Assembly: GCA_965224245.1 (NCBI GenBank)
Contig: CBDCYW010000016.1
Location: 1-38,411, forward strand
DNA from: Candidatus Eiseniibacteriota bacterium
Lineage (GTDB): Bacteria; Eisenbacteria; RBG-16-71-46; CAZAMP01
Direction: 5' to 3'
DNA length: 38,411 nucleotides
How positions within the stretch are numbered: the stretch's first letter is position 1; every line of letters begins with the position of its first letter. Both the position numbers and the translations under genes were made by a program. Under the pieces are notes generated by a model. The model did no database searches. It saw only the letters and a program-made list of their open reading frames with translations, and was not told the DNA's origin. Positions 18,759 through 27,079 of the stretch are shown here, one piece after another.

Positions 18759-20237
18759 CTAGCCGGTCAGCACGTTGTAGATGAAATGGCACGCCTCGTT
18801 GGCCGTAATGTCCACGAGCGGCTGGAAGTCCCCGCGCCACGTCGCGACCGTCACGATCTGGTCCGTCTCGATGTGCCGGGAGTCGCTCGACTTGATGGTA
18901 ACGCTGCGACCCGTGCCGAGTGCGAACGCACTCAGGTTGAACAGAATGCAGCCCGTCATGGTCGCCGTGATACCATCGTCCACACCCGACGCATTCAACC
19001 CCGTTCGCATGAACTCGGACGGGATGACCGTCTTGCCGTACACCTTCGCGACCTCGCCGGTCAAAATGCCCGCCGCGTCGCCGTACTTCTCGCGCGTCAC
19101 GACGTTCGTGGAACCGACAAGATCGAAGTAGGCTGGCCAGGACGGAGACACCACGACACCGCCTCCGGTGCTTGCGCGCCCACCTGCCCACTGGCCCATC
19201 GACTTGATGGCCGCGAGCACATCGGCGTCCGTGATCGCGTTCCCGCCGCCGCTCGTGGTGTACGAGTTGGCAAGCGAGTATTTGCGGATGCCCTTGAAGC
19301 GCGTGCGCCTGTCGGTCGGCCCGAGCGCCTCATAGTCCGTGTCCATATGCGTCGCGGTCGTGTCACCGTTGTAGAAGTTCTCGTCGATGGCGTCCCCGAT
19401 CTTGCGAGCGAGGTTTCCGGCGATCACGTTGGCGATCTGAACGGTCATGTTCTCCACCGACTCGGTCGAGAAGAGAACGCGCCCGGCCAGCTTGCCCAAC
19501 GTGAACGTCGCAACGCCTGACGTCAGGTTCGAGGCCGGGATGACCGTCGAAACGTCGATCGTCGACTCTGACACCGCGTACACCGTCGCGTCGGCATCGA
19601 GGCGTGGGAACTTGTACGTCTCCGTGGACATCGTGAAGTTGGCCGGAAACATCGTATAGACGAACGACGCGTCCCGAACCTTGTCCACGAACATCGACGA
19701 CATCGTCGCCGGGCTCACCCACTCGATGCCCGTGTCCGTCGTCTGCGTGTCCATCGCCTTGAGCATCTCTGCCGTCCGCGCACCGTATTCAGCAGCGATC
19801 GGCGACGTTTTCAGGAACGACTCGTATACGCCCTGCCGCTTTGCCGCGCTTGACGCGATGCAGAACGCATCGGAGACCTCCATGTATTCGCGGTGAGAGT
19901 CGGACTTCACCGGCTCCGAGACGACGAACTCCTGGACGGCCTGACGCCCACGTTCCTTGACGGACTTCGGAACGAACACGCCGCCGAGCGCGCCCTTGCC
20001 GTCACGACCTCCAGACCCGAACAGCCCCGCCGTGCCGAACGCCTTCAGCTTGTTGTCGTGCTCGGCGAGCGTCTTCTGTGCCGCGTCTAGCGTCCCTTCC
20101 AGCTTCTCGATCTTCTCGGTGGCTTCGGACGCGTCGCCTCGCGCCTTCAGTTTCGTCACCTCGTCGGTGACATCCTTCAACGCCTTGAGCGCGTCGGTCG
20201 GGCTCTTGAAGCCGTACTCTGCTCCGTCGTAGTGCAT
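18759..20237 (-). CDS. HK97-fold major capsid protein with N-terminal scaffold (delta) domain
   Basis: Coiled-coil N-terminus; TYKFPRL...TFTLGKLAGRVLFSTE...FYNGD; GEVAKVYGKTVIPSEFM. Confidence 0.9.
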   Translation of the reverse strand: MHYDGAEYGFKSPTDALKALKDVTDEVTKLKARGDASEATEKIEKLEGTLDAAQKTLAEHDNKLKAFGTAGLFGSGGRDGKGALGGVFVPKSVKERGRQAVQEFVVSEPVKSDSHREYMEVSDAFCIASSAAKRQGVYESFLKTSPIAAEYGARTAEMLKAMDTQTTDTGIEWVSPATMSSMFVDKVRDASFVYTMFPANFTMSTETYKFPRLDADATVYAVSESTIDVSTVIPASNLTSGVATFTLGKLAGRVLFSTESVENMTVQIANVIAGNLARKIGDAIDENFYNGDTTATHMDTDYEALGPTDRRTRFKGIRKYSLANSYTTSGGGNAITDADVLAAIKSMGQWAGGRASTGGGVVVSPSWPAYFDLVGSTNVVTREKYGDAAGILTGEVAKVYGKTVIPSEFMRTGLNASGVDDGITATMTGCILFNLSAFALGTGRSVTIKSSDSRHIETDQIVTVATWRGDFQPLVDITANEACHFIYNVLTG

Positions 20238-20316
20238 AACCGCACCCCTCCGCTTTCCTGTTCCTTTCCTGTCTCTGCGAAGCGCCCGGTGATGAGGGGA
20301 GCGCGGTTAACTCGAA

Positions 20317-20606
20317 CTAGGCGTCCTCGTCGATCCAGACCACGAGCAGCTCGTCGTCTGATGTGTCGGTAGTCGAAAGCACGATCTTGCCGGCCGCCGG
20401 GATGGTCGTTTCTGCCGTCCTGTCTGCGGGCGCTGCTGCGTCCGTGTGGTGATACACGAACAAGATGTGATCGTCCGTCGCGATCCCGGTCAACGTGATC
20501 TGCGTGGTCGCTGTCGCGCCCGTGACCACGTTGAACTTGAGCTTTGCCGTCGAGAAGTTGTCGAAAACGGCGTCGGTTCGTGCCAAACGACGTCAGTTCG
20601 TGCCAT
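20317..20606 (-). CDS. small virion protein (possible head decoration); start region carries a 20-bp tandem duplication
   Basis: Between protease and capsid genes. The RBS AAGGAG precedes ATG 20606, but the long frame starts at TTG 20586. Confidence 0.55.
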
Positions 20607-20629
20607 GTCCCTGTCTCCTTCGTGTTCCC

Positions 20630-21328
20630 TTAGCCGAAGGCGCCTAGCGCCGTTTCGATTTGCCGTATCTCCTCGCCGAACGCCCCAAGCGCGCCGACGT
20701 CATCGCTCCGCTTGTGACCCGCCTGGATCATGCCCGCGAGTTCGTCCAGCCTGTCCTCGAGAGCCTTGAAGTGCGCGTCGATGTCGAACTCATCGCCGCT
20801 TCCCATCGCCTTGATGATGAGTTCCTTCGCGCTCGCGCTCGCGTTTGATGGGAGCGGCAGGATTGAGAACTCGTAGAGGCGCTGGTTGGTGTACCGCCTA
20901 CCCGGTGCCGGCCTCGGTGCGCGAGATCCTGGAACCCGCTTGGTGACCGACCCGTCGGCGTTCTTCCACTCCTTCGGGTCGAAGCCCACCGAGCCGTCGA
21001 CGAGCGTCCCGTCGGCGACCATCGCCTCGACCTCGCGCGCGGTCTTGTGGGCCCGCGTGAACTTCACGAGCCCAACGAGCGAGTCACCATCCTTCGAGTA
21101 GTCCGACACGCGCCCGACCACGTCCGTGTGGTTCACGCCGACGCCCATGTTCCCGCGATGCGCCCACAGAACCGGGGCCGACGACGCCTCGAACTCCCAC
21201 CCCTTGACGTCGATGTATTCGCCGTCTCGGTCTTGCCCGTCGGTCGACAGTACCCACTCGACCGTTCCGTTGTTCTCGTCGTAGGTGGCCGCCTTACTGA
21301 GCGCGGCCGGGTGCGCCTTGTGTGGCAC
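20630..21328 (-). CDS. HK97-type prohead maturation protease
   Basis: STDGQDRDGEYI...PVLWAH...SVGF...LYEFSILPLPSNASA. Confidence 0.9.
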   Translation of the reverse strand: MPHKAHPAALSKAATYDENNGTVEWVLSTDGQDRDGEYIDVKGWEFEASSAPVLWAHRGNMGVGVNHTDVVGRVSDYSKDGDSLVGLVKFTRAHKTAREVEAMVADGTLVDGSVGFDPKEWKNADGSVTKRVPGSRAPRPAPGRRYTNQRLYEFSILPLPSNASASAKELIIKAMGSGDEFDIDAHFKALEDRLDELAGMIQAGHKRSDDVGALGAFGEEIRQIETALGAFG

Positions 21329-23510
21329 CTGACACCTCCTCCACCAGTAGCGGTGCGACAGTGCACCGGCAGCTGATGATCTCGTCCGGTGGCCCTTCGG
21401 GATCGCCGGGGTATCTCAAAAGCGAGCCGCCCACGTTGAACCGCTCACCCAACACCACAGGCTCGACGTTCCGGTGCGACTCGCGAACCTCGCTATCGCC
21501 AGCGTCCAGCCATTCCATCTTCTCGACAACGCCCGACGCCTCATAGCCGGCCAGACTGCCGAAATTGAAAGCCGGGATTGCCTCGGTGCGCGCGATGGTC
21601 AGCGCCCGCGCTAGCTCGACGTCCATCACCTGACGCACCGTGTCCTGGAGCGCGGCGATCGTCAGGTCCTCGGCGGTCGCCTTCTCGATGAGCGCGTCTC
21701 GCAATCGCTGCAGTACCGTCTCCGGCCAGTTGCCCGAGATCGCCTGCACCTTCGAGGCGAGGTAGGCGCGCACGGCGTCCGAGGTCACGTCGACCGAGGC
21801 GTCGATGCCGAGTTCGGCGAGCACCTCGGCGGCGCGTTGGAGCACGGAACGCGTCTGGAACGTCCGGGCGCGACGGGCCACGAGGCGTTGCGCGTCGTGA
21901 CCGTTGGGCACGATCTCGTAGGTCTCGAGGTCGGCGACGGTGAATACCTTCGAGCGCGGCGACGTGGTAGCCTTGTCCAGCTTCGAGAGCGCCTTGACCG
22001 CATGGGACTCCCAGCCTTTGAGGATGTCGTCCAGGTCGCGCTTGATCGATCGCGCCATCTTCTCGACCTTCACGGCGTGGTCGAGCTTGTCGATCTCGCG
22101 GTCGTCTACCGCCTTGATCATGAACGCGTCGGTAGGGGCCGAGCGCGAAGGCTCATCACCGGCTTCGCCGTCGCTTCCGCTGTCGGCAGTCCCCGGACCT
22201 CCACCCTCGGCCCCAAACAGCGCCGCCGCGTGGATGCGCGATCGGTACTCCGTCAAGAGGACGTCGCCGCCTGGGATTGGCCCCTCGGCCTGCTTCACGC
22301 CCTTCTCGGCAAGGAACTCACGCACCCCGTTTAGCGAGATGAACGCCGATAGCTTCGTGGCGATGTCGGCCGCTTCGTTCAAATCCTCCTGGAGCGCCGA
22401 GACGCTCGACAGATCGGACTCGACCACGAGCGAGTCGTCGTACTCGGGCATCAAGAACTCGGTCAGGAACGAGTCGACGAGGCAAAGCTTGGGCCGCGCC
22501 ACGTCGACCCAGAAGCCGCGCTCCTGAGCGTCCATGTTCGAGTAGTTGGCGAACTCCAGGAACCCCAGCTTTCCAGGCGGTACGCCCGTCGCCGCCGACA
22601 CCTCCTGGATGATGGCTTTCCAGAGCTGGGTGAACTCCATGTCCTTGTGGGACGTGCCGAGCATCTTGAAATCGGAGTCATTGTCTGCGATGAGCGGCTC
22701 GTGTCCGCCCTTGCCGACCTTGCGGCGTAGCTCGTACATGACGCGGCGCCGTAGCGAGTCGTCCTTGAGGACCTGACCCTTGAACACCTGGATCAGGCGT
22801 TGATGTGAGCCGCCGTATCTGAAGCCGTTCGTGTTGAACGCCGTCATCCACTTGCTCAACGCGAGCGTGTTCCCGAGCACCTCGCCGGCACCGGTACCGG
22901 TGCGGTAGCCCTCGATCGAGAACTCGGCGATGTGCAACATCCGCGTCGGGTGGATGATGATGGGCGCCTTCGCGGGGTCGGTGTGGTACTCGTAGTGGCT
23001 GACCCGCGTCACGTCCGACGCCACGGGGTTCACGAGCTTGGGGTGTAGGAGCATCAACCGTTCGGGCGGGTGGTTCGGCTTCTCGGTCTTGAAGATGGCC
23101 GTGTCGCCCGACTCGTCGCCGTACAGCTTGAATAGGTAGGCGTTCCCGTTGAGGACTAGCCACGAGACGATGGCGCGCCGGAAGGCGTCGCCCGTCTGCC
23201 ACTCGTTCGGGCGGTCGAGTAGATCCTGAGCCTCGCCGGGGAACTCCTCGAGCGACCCATCGCCCATCGTGCGGTAGACCTTGCGCGGGATCTGGGCCAC
23301 GGCGTCGCCGATGGTACGCACGGCGGCGTAGAGCCATGGGTTCCAACCGTAGGCCTCGATGGCGTCCTCGGGCGGGGTCAGCTTGACCACGTCGCCCGAC
23401 AACTGACCCGGGAACAACGAGGCGATGGCGGTCGCCGCCTTGGCGGTCGCCGCCGCTCGGCGCTCGACGATCTCGGGGTCGGTGCCCATGATGCGGGTGA
23501 GCCAGCTCAT
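21294..23510 (-). CDS. portal protein fused to a C-terminal Mu gpF-like (minor head) domain
   Basis: Portal motifs (WLYAAVRTIGDAVAQIP, WLVLNGNAY, GVPPGKLG..ANYSN), then ARALTIARTE...KMEWLDAGDSEVRESH...LRYPGDP..EIISCRCTV. Confidence 0.9.
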   Translation of the reverse strand: MSWLTRIMGTDPEIVERRAAATAKAATAIASLFPGQLSGDVVKLTPPEDAIEAYGWNPWLYAAVRTIGDAVAQIPRKVYRTMGDGSLEEFPGEAQDLLDRPNEWQTGDAFRRAIVSWLVLNGNAYLFKLYGDESGDTAIFKTEKPNHPPERLMLLHPKLVNPVASDVTRVSHYEYHTDPAKAPIIIHPTRMLHIAEFSIEGYRTGTGAGEVLGNTLALSKWMTAFNTNGFRYGGSHQRLIQVFKGQVLKDDSLRRRVMYELRRKVGKGGHEPLIADNDSDFKMLGTSHKDMEFTQLWKAIIQEVSAATGVPPGKLGFLEFANYSNMDAQERGFWVDVARPKLCLVDSFLTEFLMPEYDDSLVVESDLSSVSALQEDLNEAADIATKLSAFISLNGVREFLAEKGVKQAEGPIPGGDVLLTEYRSRIHAAALFGAEGGGPGTADSGSDGEAGDEPSRSAPTDAFMIKAVDDREIDKLDHAVKVEKMARSIKRDLDDILKGWESHAVKALSKLDKATTSPRSKVFTVADLETYEIVPNGHDAQRLVARRARTFQTRSVLQRAAEVLAELGIDASVDVTSDAVRAYLASKVQAISGNWPETVLQRLRDALIEKATAEDLTIAALQDTVRQVMDVELARALTIARTEAIPAFNFGSLAGYEASGVVEKMEWLDAGDSEVRESHRNVEPVVLGERFNVGGSLLRYPGDPEGPPDEIISCRCTVAPLLVEEVSGATQGAPGRAQ

Positions 23511-23511
23511 G

Positions 23512-24900
23512 TCACGCCACCGGTACATAGTCGATGATCTTGGCCCGCGCCTGAGTGATCGCGTGAACGCACATCGCCTCCCCCATCACCGTATCGTCAT
23601 GCTTGCCGCTCGGGTGACCGTAGCGGAACTTGAGTTCGGCGCCGATGACGCGCCCTCGCGGGATGATCGGCTCTTGCTGGAAGTCGTCATGCTCCTGCCA
23701 ACCGACCGGGTCGGCCTCGCGCGATAGCCGTAGGTATTGCCCCGTCTGTAGCTTCGCGAGGTAGTTCTCCACGAGCATCGGCTTGCTCGACTCGGTGAAC
23801 ACGAACGGGATAACGTCGACGCCCTCCGACACGAGCCCGTCATAGACGGCGTCCCCGACTCCAGTAGCGTCGATGCATACCGTTGCGTCGTTCCAGATCC
23901 GAGCCCTCGACTTAATGCGAGCGATCTGAAGGTCCCATCGCGTGTGCTGGTCGCGCCACTCGTCGACGGCAACGCCGATGAGAGGCGATGCGACATCGAC
24001 TCGCGCGACGCGGCCGGCGGTGTAGTCTTGGTGTTTCGCCACGTCCACGCCGATGACGTAGCGGGCTCCGGCGACGGGGGCGGCACGCTCAGCGACAGAC
24101 CACCGGGCAAGGTCGTTGAAGAACCGAGCGGCGCTGTCGAGTGGCTCGGCGAGGATCTCTTGACGGAACAGGGCATCGGACATGGTCGCGCGAGCACGTT
24201 CGACGCGGTCGGGTGTCCACCACGGTGCGATCTGTTCGACAGACGGGAGCCTGATAGACAGGAAACTTGGGTCGACGGGTGGCTTGTTCTTGACGAGGCG
24301 GCGGGTTCCGTCCTTGCCCTTCTCGTACTTAGCGACGAGGGGACTGTCACCATCCTCGTCGAGCCCTCGGCGGTAGTCCTCATAGAACCGATTGCGCCCT
24401 CGGAACGTGCCGAGCCCGATGGATACGGCGTCGTGTACGGCGAACGCGGGATAGATGTAGTCCCAAGCGTCATCGGGGAACATGCCGGCCTCATCGAGGA
24501 TGGCCCCGCTTCGCATGGTCTCGCCGACCACGTCGCCAGGGTTGGCCCCGACCGATCGGAACTGGAGTTGAGAGCCCCAGAGCCAATCGATGTGACGCTC
24601 TGCCTTGTTGATGAGCCCGAGGCGGCTGCTACCACAGCGCACATTGCGAGCGAGATGAGACAGGAGGCGGAACGGCTTCTTCCCCAGCGGATACGTCGGC
24701 GTGACGTAGTAGTCGACCTCGGTAGGGCCGCTGTTCCGGCTGAGGAGCTCAACTGCCGCCCGCCTCGCTAGTACCGTTCCGCCGATCTGACGGCCCTTTG
24801 CTATTCGCAAGTGCCTCGCCTTGGGCCACTCCCTCAGCGATCGCAAGACGGTCCGCTGCCACGGAAGAGGCGGCTCCCATTCCACTTCGAGACGTTCCAT
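23512..24900 (-). CDS. terL: terminase large subunit
   Basis: Walker A-like AKGRQIGGT, Walker B ILDEAG, nuclease motifs IGVDVAKHQDYT and HDDTVM. Confidence 0.92.
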   Translation of the reverse strand: MERLEVEWEPPLPWQRTVLRSLREWPKARHLRIAKGRQIGGTVLARRAAVELLSRNSGPTEVDYYVTPTYPLGKKPFRLLSHLARNVRCGSSRLGLINKAERHIDWLWGSQLQFRSVGANPGDVVGETMRSGAILDEAGMFPDDAWDYIYPAFAVHDAVSIGLGTFRGRNRFYEDYRRGLDEDGDSPLVAKYEKGKDGTRRLVKNKPPVDPSFLSIRLPSVEQIAPWWTPDRVERARATMSDALFRQEILAEPLDSAARFFNDLARWSVAERAAPVAGARYVIGVDVAKHQDYTAGRVARVDVASPLIGVAVDEWRDQHTRWDLQIARIKSRARIWNDATVCIDATGVGDAVYDGLVSEGVDVIPFVFTESSKPMLVENYLAKLQTGQYLRLSREADPVGWQEHDDFQQEPIIPRGRVIGAELKFRYGHPSGKHDDTVMGEAMCVHAITQARAKIIDYVPVA

Positions 24901-25150
24901 CGGAGAACCTCACCTCGATGGTGCCGGACTGCTGGATCTGCTGGGCCGGCCGGCCGTAGGCGGTGTCGCGCAGTAGCGCCACGACCCCGAGTGCCTGGGT
25001 GGAGTCCTCGGCGAACAGCTTCCGGCACATGCCCACGACGTCGCGCGCTATCGCCTCGGCGTTGTACGCGCCCGGGTCTATGCGCTCCATCTCGGCCCGG
25101 ATGGCCTCGGGGAGCGGCAGGCAGCGTTTTGGGGTCTTTGCGTCCGCCAC
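24749..25150 (-). CDS. putative terminase small subunit
   Basis: Directly upstream of terL; LLRDTAYGRPAQQI motif typical of small terminases. Confidence 0.6.
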   Translation of the reverse strand: MADAKTPKRCLPLPEAIRAEMERIDPGAYNAEAIARDVVGMCRKLFAEDSTQALGVVALLRDTAYGRPAQQIQQSGTIEVRFSDGTSRSGMGAASSVAADRLAIAEGVAQGEALANSKGPSDRRNGTSEAGGS

Positions 25151-25160
25151 GGTGGGCCCC

Positions 25161-25279
25161 CGTCCACGGTACGTCCACGGAACATCCATGGAACGTCCAC
25201 GGCCAGGAGAATAGGCGGAACGCTATTCAGATATCCAGAAACTATTCGGCTATATCGGCGATTTCGGCGATTTCGGCGA
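25161..25279. repeat. short tandem repeats upstream of the terminase genes (four ~11-bp CGTCCACGG-type copies; 9-bp TTCGGCGAT-type copies)
   Basis: cgtccacggta cgtccacggaa catccatggaa cgtccacgg at 25161-25202; ttcggctat atcggcgat ttcggcgat ttcggcga at ~25245-25279. Confidence 0.7.
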
Positions 25280-25466
25280 CGCTTCGACCAGATAGTCGAA
25301 GTGCGGCTGCTACGTAAGCCTTGGGGATGCGCCAGCTAGCAGCGGGGTCGAGGCGGTAGGCGCCTGGGATGCGGCCTCGATCGCAGAGCCATCGGACATG
25401 GCGCTCGCCATAGTCGAGGACGTAGGCGACCTCCTTGGGCGTGAGCCATGAGCGCTTGGCGGTCAT
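25242..25466 (-). CDS. HTH_17 / excisionase-like DNA-binding protein
   Basis: WLTPKEVAYVLDYGERHVRWLCDRGRIPGAYRL...WRIP. Confidence 0.85.
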   Translation of the reverse strand: MTAKRSWLTPKEVAYVLDYGERHVRWLCDRGRIPGAYRLDPAASWRIPKAYVAAALRLSGRSVAEIAEIADIAE

Positions 25467-25747
25467 TCGTCCGGCTCCTTCGGTATGTTGTCCATGGCGT
25501 CGAGGAGCCAATCTTGAGCGGTCTCGAATGACGACCTCGCCACTTCCCACTTGTAAACTATCTCATTGAGACGGTTTAGCGCGTAGAGCGCGTCGAACAT
25601 CCAGAGTGGAACGTTTGGGTCATCGATACACGCCTGCCGGATTTTCTCCCACGTCTCCGACGCTTCGTGGTAGCTGGCTTTCCGGTCGGGGTTGAACTTG
25701 GCCGAGATGGCCTTATCCCGGAGCCCGTGGAAACGTTTCTCAGCCAT
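25463..25747 (-). CDS. hypothetical protein
   Basis: Translationally coupled ORF starting MAEKRFHG. Confidence 0.6.
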   Translation of the reverse strand: MAEKRFHGLRDKAISAKFNPDRKASYHEASETWEKIRQACIDDPNVPLWMFDALYALNRLNEIVYKWEVARSSFETAQDWLLDAMDNIPKEPDE

Positions 25748-26105
25748 CACGCCGCATCCGTTCGACGAGCCTATCCGACAGGATCGTGGGTGCGGGGCAC
25801 ACATGGTCTACATCCTCGCCCATCAGGTTGGCCCACCATACCCGGTTCGCCCACTCGTTGAACTCGTAGTTGGTTGGTCCGATGGGCGCATCGATAGGGA
25901 CCACAGTGCCAATCCACAGCTCGCACATCATGCCCTCCCATTCGATGACCTCGTCTGTATTCTTGAAGTCGACGAACCCGACGCCGAACATCGGTTGAGT
26001 GTACACACGGGGGAAGTCGGCTGGTAATGCGATCACCTGAACGCGGTGATCTGGCTGCATCCGCCTATCGAGGCACCGCAACAGAACGCGTCTGGTTCTA
26101 GTCAT
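25740..26105 (-). CDS. hypothetical protein
   Basis: GGAGG RBS upstream; 121 aa. Confidence 0.65.
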   Translation of the reverse strand: MTRTRRVLLRCLDRRMQPDHRVQVIALPADFPRVYTQPMFGVGFVDFKNTDEVIEWEGMMCELWIGTVVPIDAPIGPTNYEFNEWANRVWWANLMGEDVDHVCPAPTILSDRLVERMRRDG

Positions 26106-26152
26106 ACTTATAGCGCCTCCACTATACTGCTAACCCATTGCCTCGTGCGGTC

Positions 26153-26368
26153 TCAAAACGAAGCCTTGACAGGTCGATGGCACGGTCCTTGTAATAGCAC
26201 CTCCTCTTGTTCGACATCACGTTCTCGCTGGCCCCCAGACCCGGACCGGACCCGGAACCGCTCGCCCAGCTCGCTCTCGCGCCCGACAAGCGGGCGCTCA
26301 CCGACGACGACACCCGAACAATAGATCACGAACACGGAACGGACCCCTCCTCCTGTCTCTAGTCGCAA
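26153..26368 (-). CDS. hypothetical protein
   Basis: Short ORF; AGGAGGAGG near its 5' end suggests the start is a little downstream. Confidence 0.4.
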   Translation of the reverse strand: MRLETGGGVRSVFVIYCSGVVVGERPLVGRESELGERFRVRSGSGGQRERDVEQEEVLLQGPCHRPVKASF

Positions 26369-26372
26369 CTAC

Positions 26373-26395
26373 TCCCCCGAGCAACGTTTGGGGGA
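26373..26395 (-). terminator. GC hairpin closing the pentamer array
   Basis: TCCCCC-N11-GGGGGA on the minus strand immediately after the final GGCA GGCA; no U-tract. Confidence 0.45.
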
Positions 26396-26610
26396 TGCCT
26401 GCCAGACCCGACCTTGACGCACCCTGCCTCACAACGCCCAACCGCACCTGCCGCACCGTGCCCGGCCGTGCCATGTCGCGCCGCAACTCGCCCAGCCGCA
26501 CCCGCCTTGCCTGACCACGCCCGTCCTCGCCACACCATGACTGGCCGTGCCAGACCCGCCGCATCCGACCTAGCCGCGCGTGGTCGCTCCAGCCCGCGAC
26601 TTGCCGCGCC
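26396..26610 (-). ncRNA. GGY-NN pentamer array, about four units of 9-10 pentamers separated by 4-nt GGCR; candidate guide-RNA array
   Basis: Minus strand: GGTCT GGCAC GGCCA GTCAT GGTGT GGCGA GGACG GGCGT GGTCA GGCAA | GGCG | GGTGC GGCTG GGCGA GTTGC GGCGC GACAT GGCAC GGCCG GGCAC GGTGC | GGCA | GGTGC GGTTG GGCGT TGTGA GGCAG GGTGC GTCAA GGTCG GGTCT | GGCA GGCA. A more degenerate unit lies at 26610-26561. Confidence 0.75.
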
Positions 26611-27079
26611 CGCTAGTTTTCCGCTTGGCCTTCTTGCGCTTCCCTTTCGCGGTGACCTTATCCATCGCCTCGAACACGGCGGCAAGCTCAGTCAGGGTTC
26701 CGTACTTCTCGCGGATCACTTCAAGCTCTGCCAGGGCGTCCTCGAGGAGGACACCACGCGTCTCTGGTGATCTCAATGCATCGACCGTCGAGACGTAGCC
26801 TCCTTTGGGGTGTCGGTCGATCGTGAGTGATGTGTACTCCCGCACTTTGCGTTTATCCGGTCCCACGAACACGACGCACACCGCGATCAGGTTTCGTGCC
26901 TGATGGAGTCGCCATCGCTCGGCTGCCTCGCCGTCGTCCCATTCGAACTCGTTGTGGATTGGTGATGTCTTGGGCCGTGCCGCCTTGACAACGTCCGCCG
27001 GCAGGAGCCTCCCATTCCGCTTTCGGATCTTGGCGAGTTCGGCGCTGACCCTAGCTATCTTTGATTTTGAAGCGGCCAC
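26570..27079 (-). CDS. helical partner protein of the Cas7-like gene (169 aa)
   Basis: ELAKIRKRNGRLLPADVVKAAR..SPIHNEFEWDDGEAAERWRLHQARNLI; GTG 27079 overlaps the end of the RAMP-like gene; basic C-terminal tail. Confidence 0.75.
   Translation of the reverse strand: MAASKSKIARVSAELAKIRKRNGRLLPADVVKAARPKTSPIHNEFEWDDGEAAERWRLHQARNLIAVCVVFVGPDKRKVREYTSLTIDRHPKGGYVSTVDALRSPETRGVLLEDALAELEVIREKYGTLTELAAVFEAMDKVTAKGKRKKAKRKTSGRGKSRAGATTRG

Noticed and set aside
25242-25466. Excisionase as evidence of lysogeny
   Set aside because: HTH_17 proteins are common upstream of terminases, and there is no cognate integrase
26396-26610. Canonical CRISPR array
   Set aside because: No identical 23-50 bp repeats with unique spacers, and no cas1/cas2
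26298-26685. ORF-track proteins over the array (26298-26564, 26359-26685, 26414-26770)
   Set aside because: Arg/Gly/Ala-rich text is a by-product of the 5-nt periodic repeat; the period is incompatible with codon structure and there is no clear RBS
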